DNA of 64,000 nucleotides from an uncultured Lentimicrobiaceae bacterium (GCA_964628285.1 CAZVNP010000005.1:902-64901), one strand, 5' to 3'; counted from the first letter of the stretch, positions 1 to 9,420 are shown. Numbers and translations: made by a program. Notes: a model not told the origin generated them from the letters alone.

Positions 1-2
1 TC

Positions 3-1022
3 GCTGCCGTCACGGGCGACGTCATCATCTGGAAACCCAGTTCAAAGACACCCCTCACGGCAATAGCTATACAGCATATCATCGCGGGCATCCTGGAAAG
101 TAATAAGGTGCCGGAAGGTGTTTTCAACATGATCGTGGCACAATCAAATGTGTTGGGTGACAGCTTTGTGAAAGATAACCGCATGCCCCTGATCTCCGTG
201 ACAGGCTCCACCGTTGTGGGTAAAAAGATCGGCGCCATTGTCGGCAACAGGCTGGGAAGAACGATCATGGAACTGGGAGGCAACAATGCCGTCATCATCT
301 CCGATAAAGCCAACCTTGAAATGGCTATAAAATCAGTCGTCTTTGGGGCCGTGGGCACCTGCGGCCAGAGATGCACAACAACACGCCGCCTTATCATTCA
401 TGAAAGCATATACAATAAGGTTAAAGATCTGCTGATAAAGGCTTATAAGAGCGTTGCTGAAAAGATCGGGGATCCCTTTGAAAAAGATATACTGGTGGGC
501 CCGATGATCGACGGAACCGCTGTCGACGCTTTTCACAAAGCACTGCACGAAGCCGAAAAGGAAGGCGGTAAGATCATTTTCGGCGGGGAGATTTTACAAG
601 GAGAACAATTCCGTAACGGTAACTATGTGGTGCCGGCGCTCGTCGAGGCTGAGAATCATTACTCCGTGGTACAGAGAGAAACCTTTGCACCCATTCTATA
701 CCTGATGAAATACAACAATATTGAAGAAGCCATCAGGTTAAACAACAGTGTTCCTCAAGGATTATCCTCTTCCATATTTACACAGGATCTGACTGAATCC
801 GAAAAATTTCTGTCCGAAGCAGGGTCGGACTGCGGCATTGCCAACGTCAATATCGGGACTTCCGGCGCCGAGATCGGCGGCGCCTTTGGAGGTGAGAAAG
901 ATACCGGCGGAGGCAGGGAAGCAGGTTCCGATGCCTGGAAGACTTATATGAGGCGTCAAACCAATACCATCAATTACGGATCGACACTTCCGCTGGCGCA
1001 GGGGATCAAGTTCGGTTTTTAG
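3..1022 (+). CDS. Aldehyde dehydrogenase, ALDH7/piperideine-6-carboxylate dehydrogenase-like (5' partial)
   Basis: Frame is open to the left edge (WKPSSKTP). Motifs TGST, MELGGNNA, GTCGQRCTT, ETFAP and GAEIGGAFGGEKDTGGGRE are typical of ALDH7. Confidence 0.9.
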   Translation, partial: AAVTGDVIIWKPSSKTPLTAIAIQHIIAGILESNKVPEGVFNMIVAQSNVLGDSFVKDNRMPLISVTGSTVVGKKIGAIVGNRLGRTIMELGGNNAVIISDKANLEMAIKSVVFGAVGTCGQRCTTTRRLIIHESIYNKVKDLLIKAYKSVAEKIGDPFEKDILVGPMIDGTAVDAFHKALHEAEKEGGKIIFGGEILQGEQFRNGNYVVPALVEAENHYSVVQRETFAPILYLMKYNNIEEAIRLNNSVPQGLSSSIFTQDLTESEKFLSEAGSDCGIANVNIGTSGAEIGGAFGGEKDTGGGREAGSDAWKTYMRRQTNTINYGSTLPLAQGIKFGF

Positions 1023-1046
1023 TACCTCACCCTACACCCTCACCCT

Positions 1047-1078
1047 GACTGACGACTGACGACTGACGACTGACGACT
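1047..1078. repeat. Heptamer tandem repeat (GACTGAC)x4.5, preceded by CACCCT-like repeats at 1025-1046
   Basis: Read directly; lies between convergent gene ends. Confidence 0.9.
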
Positions 1079-1079
1079 A

Positions 1080-1844
1080 TCAAATAATCCCGAGCTTCGC
1101 TGCATACTTGATCGCTTCAATGGCGTTATCGGCCTGTAATTTCTCCAGGATGCGCTGACGGTGTGTGTTGACGGTGTTGACGCTGATGTAAAGCTTGTCG
1201 GCTATCTGTTTGCTGATGAGGCCCTTGGAGATAAGCTGCAGAATCTCTTTTTCACGGGCTGTGAGCATGGCCTCTTTACCGGGAGGAGGAAACAGGTACA
1301 CCTTCCCTTCACGGAGATCGATGAGACGGCTGCGAAAAGGAGTATCCGGCGACTGGTCGGGTGAGATGTCCATGATGCCTAAAGCCAGCCATATATTACC
1401 GTGGATATCGTTCTCGAAACACATCTGTTGCTCCAAAATCCTTACATATTCACCTTTACCGTTAAGAATCCTGTATTCGTTGACCAGCTTTCCCTCCTTC
1501 TGGCGTGCAGGTGGAAGAGACATGCCATACCTCAGGAAGTATAATCCTGCTTCATACAATTCAAACAAGTCATCAGGATGTATCCTTTCATCGATATAGG
1601 CTGGGTCACCATGCGATTGTTCAGGATCAAGACTGAATATCTGTGATATGTTCTTTGAGACATAGACATGTTCTCTCCTGAAAAGGTCGAAGACCATGAT
1701 GACGCTGTTGCTCAGCTCACTGATCCTGTCGAGGTTGGGGATATGATGGTCGAGGATGGCATAATCCGGATCCTTTTCGACAAAATGCTGTGAGTCGAGG
1801 AGCCTGTAATGCTCTTTGTGAAGCTGCTCAATCGTTTTTTGCAT
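1080..1844 (-). CDS. PAS-domain LuxR-family transcriptional regulator
   Basis: PAS_3-like RIHPDD segment; C-terminal HTH LTAREKEILQLISKGLISKQIADKLYISVNTVNTHRQRI. Start moved to ATG 1844, downstream of a TAnnTTTG element. Confidence 0.88.
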   Translation of the reverse strand: MQKTIEQLHKEHYRLLDSQHFVEKDPDYAILDHHIPNLDRISELSNSVIMVFDLFRREHVYVSKNISQIFSLDPEQSHGDPAYIDERIHPDDLFELYEAGLYFLRYGMSLPPARQKEGKLVNEYRILNGKGEYVRILEQQMCFENDIHGNIWLALGIMDISPDQSPDTPFRSRLIDLREGKVYLFPPPGKEAMLTAREKEILQLISKGLISKQIADKLYISVNTVNTHRQRILEKLQADNAIEAIKYAAKLGII

Positions 1845-1848
1845 CAGA

Positions 1849-1868
1849 AATACTGATTTATCAGTATT
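1849..1868. promoter_or_regulatory. Inverted repeat AATACTGA-TTTA-TCAGTATT, candidate LuxR/NarL-type operator
   Basis: Perfect 8-bp arms in the divergent intergenic region between the LuxR gene and the TonB receptor fragment. Confidence 0.5.
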
Positions 1869-1897
1869 GTATACCACACCGGATGCACCGACTTTTG

Positions 1898-1905
1898 CAA
1901 AGATA
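1898..1905 (-). promoter_or_regulatory. Bacteroidota -7 promoter element (TATCTTTG) for the LuxR gene
   Basis: Matches TAnnTTTG about 55 nt upstream of ATG 1844. Confidence 0.5.
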
Positions 1906-1916
1906 AAAAATATGCA

Positions 1917-2312
1917 ATGCACCTGAAAATCATTGTCATTGTCATTGTCATTGTCATTGCGCTCACTATACTGTCAGGTGCCGTCATGGGACAGCGGCTC
2001 ACGCAGACGGTGAAGGGCAGGGTCACGGATAAGGAGAGCCAGACCACGCTTCCGGGTGCCAACATCGTCATTCTGGGCACCGATCCATTGCTGGGTAGCG
2101 CCACCGGACCTGACGGCAATTACGTCATCAAAAATGTCCCCGTCGGACGTTACGATATCAGGGTAAGTTTTATGGGCTACCGCGAGGTGATCATCAATGA
2201 GGTGCTGGTCGGCTCAGGTAAAGAGGTTGTTTTAAATGTGGAGATGGAGGAGAAGGCATTGGATGCAGCGGAGGTCATCATCAGGCCGGACAAGGACAAG
2301 GTGGAATTTTAG
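1917..2312 (+). pseudogene. Truncated TonB-dependent receptor (signal peptide plus CarboxypepD_reg-like domain only)
   Basis: QTVKGRVTDKESQTTLPGANIVI...VPVGRY...SFMGY...VGSGKEVVLNVEMEE. Stops at the edge of a repeat cluster; no plug or barrel follows. Confidence 0.75.
1932..1959. repeat. (ATTGTC)x4.7 hexamer repeat encoding IVIVIVIVI in the signal peptide
   Basis: Read directly. Confidence 0.85.
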
Positions 2313-2398
2313 TTGCGGGTTGCAGGTTGCAGGGGTAGCGCCGCGCCGGTGGCGCGGCTTAGCTGCAAACTGCGAACCTGAGTCCGCCGAAGGCAGAC
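2311..2398. repeat. Composite palindromic element: GGTTGCA heptamers, GCCGCGCC/GGCGCGGC hairpin, inverted heptamers, GTCCGCCGAAGGCAGAC hairpin
   Basis: Perfect 8-bp stem at 2340-2358 flanked by oppositely oriented heptamer runs. Confidence 0.7.
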
Positions 2399-2443
2399 GT
2401 CATCCAATAGCGAGAGGATGTTAAGATATTGATTGTTAGTCCT

Positions 2444-2636
2444 GTAGAGACGGCATTTATTTAACCACAGAGGAACACCGAGGTAAACGGAGGTTCGCGG
2501 AGGATGAAAAGATTCATTTTACATTCCTCTGCGTTCTCCGCGGTAAAAAAAGCCTCAATTCTTGCATAATAAAAAAATTAATTTGATATTTGAACCATAA
2601 TATCAGCTATTTAGTGTAAAGCCTCATGCCGTCGCT
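2444..2636. repeat. Nested inverted repeats: outer GTAGAGACGGCAT...ATGCCGTCGCT (REP-like); inner AACCACAGAGGAA...TTCCTCTGCGTTCTCCGCGGT
   Basis: Outer arms at 2444-2456 and 2626-2636; inner element about 2461-2547. Confidence 0.6.
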
Positions 2637-2764
2637 CATCTACCCCATAACTTACAGAACATCTGACTTATACGGCATCTTTCGACAGGAAGCTTAAACT
2701 TAAAACCCAGCGAGGTCGGTTCATTAAAAGAGATCGACAGTTATCCTGAGCAACACTTCAAATC

Positions 2765-4767
2765 ATGAAAAAAATTACCCTCATCATTTCCTGTTTTCTT
2801 ATTTGTATCAATACCTTTTCACAGGTGCGCGACAGATACTTTAGCACGCTTGGCCGGCAGATCTTTAATGATCTTGAGAAGCAGGATTATTATAACGCCA
2901 TAGCCGGGATGGATGTCTTTCTCCGGGTTTACCCGGATGATTCAATCATGTGGTACTTCAGAGGAATGGCCAAATTCATGATGAATGATATTCCAGCAGC
3001 AAGTATCGATCTGATCAAAGCCCAGCAGATGGGCTATCACCAAAACGACAATTTTATTAACATGATTGTATCTAAAGATTACCAGGTAAAAATGCTGGCC
3101 AAAGACTATATCGATGACGTTAATATTCTTAAAACAAAAGATTTCAAACCTGTCTTCAGCCTGAAGGATTCATTGCGTGGAGCCCTTCGACCCGAACGAA
3201 CATGTTATGACGTCTATTACTACAACCTTACCCTCAAAATATTGCCGGAATCAAAGAGCATCGAAGGGCGTAATGAAATTTATTTCACGACAATGCAGAA
3301 CACTATAAGGATACAGGTGGATCTGACCGGTAAACTGCAGATCGACTCGATCACCTGTAAGGGCCGGGAATTAAATTTTACAAGGATCTTTGATGCCGTT
3401 TTCGTTGATTTTGACGACACGCTCCCTGCCGGTAAGGACCTGATATTGGCCGTATCATATTCCGGAACGCCGCGGGAGGCACCCTCCCCTCCGTGGAATG
3501 GTGGTTTCGTATGGAAAAATAATAAAAAACGGCAATGGACAGGGGTGGCATGCGAACATCTGGGCGCCAGTGCGTGGTGGCCCTGTAAGGATTACCTGGG
3601 CGATAAGCCTGATTCGATGTGCATTAATATTCAGGTTCCAACCGGATATCAGGCTATCGCTAACGGAAATCTCCGGTCGTCCCGGGCAGTCGATGATCAA
3701 TATACCAATTTTGAGTGGTTTGTCAGCTACCCTATCAACTCTTACGGCGTCACTTTCTACGTGGGAGATTTTGTCAACTTCAACGAGATGTATACACATG
3801 GTGGCAGTTCATTCCCGATAGATTATTATGTCTTACCCAAACATTTAAAAGCAGCCAGGAAGTACTACCAAAATACAAAGGATGTCATAGCTGTTTATGA
3901 AGATCTGTATGGAGAGTATCCCTATAAGAAAGACGGTGCAGCGATGGTGGAAGCGCCATATGAAGGCATGGAACATCAAAGTGCCATAGCCATTGGTGAC
4001 GTATACAAGAAAAAGAATCGTGAAGACAGGCCAAGCATCAGCGACGGCTTTGACTATTTGCTGGTTCATGAAACGGCGCACGAATGGTGGGGCAATACAG
4101 TGACCATGAGTGACATGGCCGATGCGTGGATCAGTGAAGGCTTTGTAACCTATTCCGAAGCGCTGTTCGCGAAAAGAAAGATGGTTATGGGGAATATCTG
4201 ACAAGATGCGCCGAGGACATGTGGAATATCTTTAATATATGGCCCATGGTTGGCATCAGGGACGTGAACGACAACACTTTTCCGGGAAATGATATCTATC
4301 ATAAAGGAGCGGCAATGCTCAACAATCTGCGGTGCATCATCAATGATGACAGCCTGTTCTTTGCCGTCATCAAAGGATTTTATGACCACTTTAAATTTAA
4401 AACCATTACTACAGCTGATTTTGTGAATTACGTCAACGACAGGACAGGCGCAGACTATAACGACTTTTTCAACAAATTCCTGAACGATACCGATCCACCG
4501 GTACTGAAGTACAGATTCACCCTTGAAAATGACACGCTGCGGTTTTATTATAAATGGGTCGGCGTAGGAGAAAACTTTGCCATGCCTTTCAGCATTACTC
4601 TCAATAATAAAGATAACCACCGCCTTGACGGCACCACGGAATACCAGATCTTTGAAGCGGGTGGCGTCAGGTCATTTTATCTGCCTAATGAAAAGAGATT
4701 CAATAAAGATCAGATCACTAAAAATTCGTTTACCTATTACTGGACATCATGGAGAGAAAGGGATTGA
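2765..4767 (+). pseudogene. Secreted M1-family aminopeptidase with N-terminal TPR-like segment, split by a -1 frameshift near 4170-4182 (ORFs 2765-4201 and 4219-4767)
   Basis: GMEHQ and HETAHEWWGN...WISEG zinc motif in the first ORF; IYHKGAAML in the second. The -1 frame is open across the junction (DGYGEYLTRCAEDMWN). Confidence 0.8.
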
Positions 4768-4777
4768 TGACTAATTA

Positions 4778-4846
4778 ATATCTTCGCTACGCGATTCGAC
4801 GGATATTGTGACATATGGTCCTATCAAATATAGTCGCTACGCGACT
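4778..4846. repeat. Two direct copies of a REP-like hairpin (TCGCTACGCGA core)
   Basis: ATATCTTCGCTACGCGATT and ATATAGTCGCTACGCGACT; the second forms an AGTCGC/GCGACT stem. Confidence 0.6.
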
Positions 4847-4935
4847 TTTATGTACGGTTTGGGACAACCTTCCGGCACTTCGTACAGGCAAATCATAAAA
4901 CTCCATTTATCCTTGGATTTCCAATAAGGATCATT

Positions 4936-4943
4936 TACATTTG
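4936..4943 (+). promoter_or_regulatory. Bacteroidota -7 promoter element (TACATTTG)
   Basis: TAnnTTTG match upstream of the 5010 gene. Confidence 0.45.
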
Positions 4944-5009
4944 TTTGGGATTACGGACAAGTGGTATCGTATTTAAACTTATTAATCTTGTACCCTTTAA
5001 ATGTAAGCC

Positions 5010-5462
5010 ATGGAAACAAATGATGAGATTCGGGATCAGGAAGTGATCCGTGAAAAGGTTGAAATACCGAATGAATTTATTCATCACCTCAATCAAATCA
5101 GCAAATGGACGACTTTCTTCTCAGTCCTGGGATTTATAGCGGTCGGCGTATTACTGATCTTTGCCGCTTTTTCGGGACGGATTTTTTCAGCCATGACGCA
5201 CTATCATGCCAAGGGAGCTGCACTGATAATGAGTCTTGTTTACATTATTATGGCGGTCATCTATTTTTTCCCTGTGGTTTATCTTTACCGGTTTTCAATT
5301 CTTTCGCGGCGTGCCATAAGGGTTAATGATCCGAACGAAATCGTCACCGCCTTTAAGAACCTAAAATGGCACTTCCAATTTGTTGGAATAGTGACTATTA
5401 TTTTTCTGCTGGTCTATCTGCTTGTGGGGATAGGCTTCTCAATTACTGCTTTTCTGAGATAA
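5010..5462 (+). CDS. DUF5362-family membrane protein
   Basis: KWTTFFSVLGFI...IYFFPVVYLYRFS...AFKNLKWHFQFVGI pattern; three hydrophobic segments. Confidence 0.75.
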   Translation: METNDEIRDQEVIREKVEIPNEFIHHLNQISKWTTFFSVLGFIAVGVLLIFAAFSGRIFSAMTHYHAKGAALIMSLVYIIMAVIYFFPVVYLYRFSILSRRAIRVNDPNEIVTAFKNLKWHFQFVGIVTIIFLLVYLLVGIGFSITAFLR

Positions 5463-5492
5463 GTATGACCTGATAAATACGTCGATGGAACC

Positions 5493-7250
5493 ATGAAAAA
5501 AAAACTCTTCCTTTTTCTGGGCATATTGTTCATTATCATTTTCAACGACGGCTGTGAGAAGAAAGAGATCATCAACATTTATGAAAACCCAGCTGCGGGC
5601 ACATTGGTATTTCTGACCGATTTTGATGCGGGTTCAGATGTGGTCATTTCCATGACGGCATCATTAAAAAGCAGGTTTCCCGGCCTGGCTGTCGACTTCA
5701 TCCAAGCCAAACCTTTCAATGTGAAGGAGGCGGCATACCAGTTGGAGGTGGCAGCCATAAACTATCCTGCCGGCACCTTTTTCCTAGGCCTCGTCGATCC
5801 CGGTGCCAATTCGCACTGCATGGTCTTTAAAGCGCAGGATGATAAAAAATTCGTCGTGCCTGATAACGGTTTGGCCACGCTCGTCTTCAAATACATGTTA
5901 ACCGGTGATTATTATGGTGTTGATAATCCGCTTGATGATACCGGTATACCTCCCAGTCAGCTTAATTTCAAAGAATTATACTTGAAAGCTACGATGGGCC
6001 TCATTTCGGGAAAGTCTCTCTCCTCTTTCGGTGATCCCATCGAGCAGCCTGTCACTTTTAATGTGGTCGAGCCGGCTCTCGTCAACGACACCCTTTACGG
6101 TCAGATCACCAATACCGATAATTTTGGCAATTGTATGACTAACATACCCGACTCATTGCTGGATGCCTTCGATACAGGTGTTCTGTTCAAAGTTACAGGA
6201 GGTTCGCAACCTTTCTTCGCTCTTTACGGCATCAATTATTCCTCAGTTCCTCCGGATCAAAATATTGTCTTTTCCAGCCCTTCCAACCTGCTTGAAATAG
6301 CTGTTAATTTAGGTAATGTCTCACAACGTTATCAACTAACGGCCGGAGCCCCCGTCAAACTTCACAGGGGCATGGCACGCATTGGCATCTTGCAATATAA
6401 CGATATCTCAAATTCTTATGTCGACATTGTGAAGAACGAGCTCATAGCTAAGGGATTTGTTGAAGGCGACAATGCCTTATATATCGAAAGAAATGCCGGC
6501 GGAAATATTGCTCAGCTCAGCAGCATGGTCCATGAAATTCTGGAAGAGGGTATCGACATCATGGTCTCCTTCTCCACACCGGCGACACAAGCTGCCGTTT
6601 CCATGGTTCCCGATGACATACCCATAGTATTCAGTATAGTAACCAATCCGGAGATTGCCGGTATCCTGAATCAGCGTACAGGTGTTACGGGCCTCTCCAA
6701 TGCCACGGACTTCAATGCGTTTATCGGCTTCACCAAAAGGCTTTTACCCGCAATTTCCATCGCCGGCAGCCTGTACAATGCAGGGGAATCAAATTCCATC
6801 TTCTCTCAACAGCAACTCAGCAATACCTGCGTTTATTACGGTATGAATTTCTTCAATACTTCCGTGACCGGTGCCGGTGACATCCCTTCCGCCTATGCGG
6901 ATATCAAACAGAATCATATCCAGGCCATCCTGATCAGCAATGATAACACCATGACCCTGGCCATGACTGATCTTGTCGCTCTTGCATTGCCCGATACCAT
7001 ACCGGTGCTTGGCACCGATTATGTCAATACTCAGGATGGCGCTCTTGCCTCCATCAGCGTGGATTATGATCTGATAGCCCGGGAGACCGGCAAGCTCGTT
7101 GTGGCAGTGATCCGCGGCGTGAATCCCGATGATGTGTCAGTAAAATATTTCGATACGAATATCATTGCCATCAATACACAAACGGCCGAGAGTCTGGGAT
7201 ATGTATTCGATCCCGGAATCATCTCAGAAGCCCGCTACATTTACCCCTGA
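5493..7250 (+). CDS. Lipoprotein: DUF62 (SAM hydroxide adenosyltransferase/halogenase-fold) domain fused to an ABC substrate-binding domain (PF04392-like)
   Basis: Signal peptide ending NDG-C. N-half has FLTDF, VDPG, VVPDNGLATL, DNFGNCMTNI and LEIAVNLG. C-half has ERNAGGN, STPATQA, PIVFSIVTNP, VTGLSN, YNAGESNS and DNT. Confidence 0.85.
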   Translation: MKKKLFLFLGILFIIIFNDGCEKKEIINIYENPAAGTLVFLTDFDAGSDVVISMTASLKSRFPGLAVDFIQAKPFNVKEAAYQLEVAAINYPAGTFFLGLVDPGANSHCMVFKAQDDKKFVVPDNGLATLVFKYMLTGDYYGVDNPLDDTGIPPSQLNFKELYLKATMGLISGKSLSSFGDPIEQPVTFNVVEPALVNDTLYGQITNTDNFGNCMTNIPDSLLDAFDTGVLFKVTGGSQPFFALYGINYSSVPPDQNIVFSSPSNLLEIAVNLGNVSQRYQLTAGAPVKLHRGMARIGILQYNDISNSYVDIVKNELIAKGFVEGDNALYIERNAGGNIAQLSSMVHEILEEGIDIMVSFSTPATQAAVSMVPDDIPIVFSIVTNPEIAGILNQRTGVTGLSNATDFNAFIGFTKRLLPAISIAGSLYNAGESNSIFSQQQLSNTCVYYGMNFFNTSVTGAGDIPSAYADIKQNHIQAILISNDNTMTLAMTDLVALALPDTIPVLGTDYVNTQDGALASISVDYDLIARETGKLVVAVIRGVNPDDVSVKYFDTNIIAINTQTAESLGYVFDPGIISEARYIYP

Positions 7251-7261
7251 TTTCCATTGAT

Positions 7262-7612
7262 ATGTCAGGCTTCAACGGCAGGATGAAACAAACAATCACA
7301 CTGACCGGAAATGAAGCTAAGGACATGCTGCCTGCCATCCATTCCTATAGCATATCCATGCGTTATCAGCTTAAGAACACGTCGGCAAAGGTCTTTGAGA
7401 TTATCCTTCCCACCGTCAACACCGGGCTTGAAAGGGGCACCAGGGCCAGAAGAGAGGTCATATACCGGGGATTAGCAACTGAGGAAGTAGCTGTTGAAAC
7501 CATGAAAGCCCTGGAGTGCGACAAGTTTGAACACGCCATCGGTCAGGCTAAAAATCTGCTTGAAGCGGCTGAAAGCAATCCGGAACAATTTTTTAACCAA
7601 ATGAACCACTGA
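7262..7612 (+). CDS. Hypothetical protein
   Basis: 116-aa ORF starting 11 nt after the fusion gene, same strand; no recognised motif. Confidence 0.5.
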   Translation: MSGFNGRMKQTITLTGNEAKDMLPAIHSYSISMRYQLKNTSAKVFEIILPTVNTGLERGTRARREVIYRGLATEEVAVETMKALECDKFEHAIGQAKNLLEAAESNPEQFFNQMNH

Positions 7613-7867
7613 ATGATTGGGAGGTATCATGCTGCTGATGAAAACTGTAAAATCTAAGATAAGGTTGACATCACAAAAAATTTCGTTACAGTCATTTTAT
7701 AGGATAATTTTTCATCCTTTGTCTTTCACCTTTATTTTTCATGACCAAACTATTTATTCTATAGTTTGTTATCATCATAATGACGGCGCATCCCGATTTA
7801 ATACAAGCCGCTCATTCCGATATAAATGGGAATAGAGTTTTTAATCAAAACAATGGAGATCTTTGCA

Positions 7868-8290
7868 ATGAAAAACACGAACCGTTTACCTATTGGTTTA
7901 TTAGTTCTTTTTATTGGATTCAGTTTTTTCTTCCTTCAGGGCTGTATGGTCAGTCAATACCATGTGCCGCCGGTCACCGTGGCTCAAATCGTCGAAATGA
8001 GCAAATCCGGTGTAGCGCCCAAGGATATCATCGACAAGATCAAGAAATCGCACACCGTTTACCGTCTTAAAGCCGATCAGCTTGTCCAGCTGGAGAAGGA
8101 GGGTGTTTCGACAGAAGTGCTTGATTACATGCAGAAAACATATATCGATTCGGTACGTCAAAACCAGCAGCTGGAGGATTGGAATTACTGGTGGCCGGGA
8201 TGGGACGGTTACTGGTACGGAGGTCCGGCCTTCGGGTGGCCCTGGGGTTACTGGCGCTGGCACTGGGGCGCCGGTATCGGTTTCGATTAA
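7868..8290 (+). CDS. Hypothetical lipoprotein with small helical domain and Trp/Gly-rich C-terminus
   Basis: Lipobox FLQG-C; QIVEMSKSGV...LEKEGVSTEVLDYM helical repeat; tail WNYWWPGWDGYWYGG. Confidence 0.75.
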   Translation: MKNTNRLPIGLLVLFIGFSFFFLQGCMVSQYHVPPVTVAQIVEMSKSGVAPKDIIDKIKKSHTVYRLKADQLVQLEKEGVSTEVLDYMQKTYIDSVRQNQQLEDWNYWWPGWDGYWYGGPAFGWPWGYWRWHWGAGIGFD

Positions 8291-8356
8291 ATATCATCAT
8301 TTCTCCTCAATTTAAATCGTTTTTCATATTCAACTTCCTTAACTGTAGAGGACATT

Positions 8357-8974
8357 ATGATGTTTTTTGACGCAAAAGCCCGGGAGTGGGATAACGATCC
8401 TCAAAAGATCGACAGGGCCAAAGTCTTTGCCAATGAGATACTGTCATTTGTCAAGCCATTGCGATCCATAAACGGTTTTGAATATGGTTGCGGCACCGGC
8501 TTGCTAAGCTATTTCATGAAAGATCATTTTGCCCGGCTAACCCTCGCCGATAATTCCGATGGTATGCTCAATGTACTGCGTAAAAAAATAAAAAAAGAAC
8601 ATATCCCCAACATGACCCCCATCCACCTGGACCTGATGACACAAAATTTCAGACAACATTCTTATGATGTGATATACACCCTGATGACACTCCATCACAT
8701 CAGGGATATCGGAAAATTATTGAAACAGTTTTTTTCGATGTTGAAAAAAGGTGGTTACCTGTGTATTGGAGACCTGACGAAAGAGGACGGCTCCTTTCAT
8801 TCCCATATACCGGATTATGACGGCCACAATGGCTTTGACAGGGAAGAGATTGAAAGGATCATGGAAAGCAGTGGATTCAAAACAGAATTGTACAAGATCT
8901 GTTATCGGATCACAAAACAATCGGAAGGAAAGGTGACCACCTATCCTTTATTTCTGATGATAGGGAAAAAATAA
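8357..8974 (+). CDS. Class I SAM-dependent methyltransferase
   Basis: FDAKAREWD, EYGCGTG, DNSDGML, MTLHHI, EDGSFH and HNGF motifs. Confidence 0.9.
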   Translation: MMFFDAKAREWDNDPQKIDRAKVFANEILSFVKPLRSINGFEYGCGTGLLSYFMKDHFARLTLADNSDGMLNVLRKKIKKEHIPNMTPIHLDLMTQNFRQHSYDVIYTLMTLHHIRDIGKLLKQFFSMLKKGGYLCIGDLTKEDGSFHSHIPDYDGHNGFDREEIERIMESSGFKTELYKICYRITKQSEGKVTTYPLFLMIGKK

Positions 8975-8983
8975 TCTGGAAAA

Positions 8984-9337
8984 TCAACCGACGATAAGCC
9001 ATTCTTTCAGGACGACGGCCTGGTTATGTTCAGTATCCTTCGACGAGTAAAGTAATATGAGAGGTTGATGTTGTGCGATGTGACGAAGTCTTCCGACAAT
9101 GTTTTCATGCGAGGCCAGTTCCTGCCTGTATTTGATCCTGAACTCTTCCCAACGTGCGGGATCATGTGCGAACCATTTCCTCAATGCAGTGGTTGGTGCG
9201 ATCTCGTGGCACCACTCATCCAGGCGCAGGGATTCTTTTGAGATTCCCCGTGGCCACACCCTATCGACCAGGAGGCGGTAACCCTCGCCGGAATAAGTAA
9301 GATCATACACCCTTCTGATCGTGATGTTCATACCCAT
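8984..9337 (-). CDS. DUF488 / YeaO-family protein
   Basis: RRVYD, RLLVDRVWPRGISK, APTTALRKWFAHDP, HNQAVVL. Confidence 0.9.
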   Translation of the reverse strand: MGMNITIRRVYDLTYSGEGYRLLVDRVWPRGISKESLRLDEWCHEIAPTTALRKWFAHDPARWEEFRIKYRQELASHENIVGRLRHIAQHQPLILLYSSKDTEHNQAVVLKEWLIVG

Positions 9338-9420
9338 TTTAAAAAACCCAATAAAGGTTTTATCCTTTAAGATAAAAACATTTCTTGACCCGTTTTGATT
9401 GTCGACAGGTTACCCTTTGA

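Noticed and set aside
7617-7835. 72-aa ORF in AT-rich spacer
   Set aside because: Low-complexity composition; more likely promoter region.
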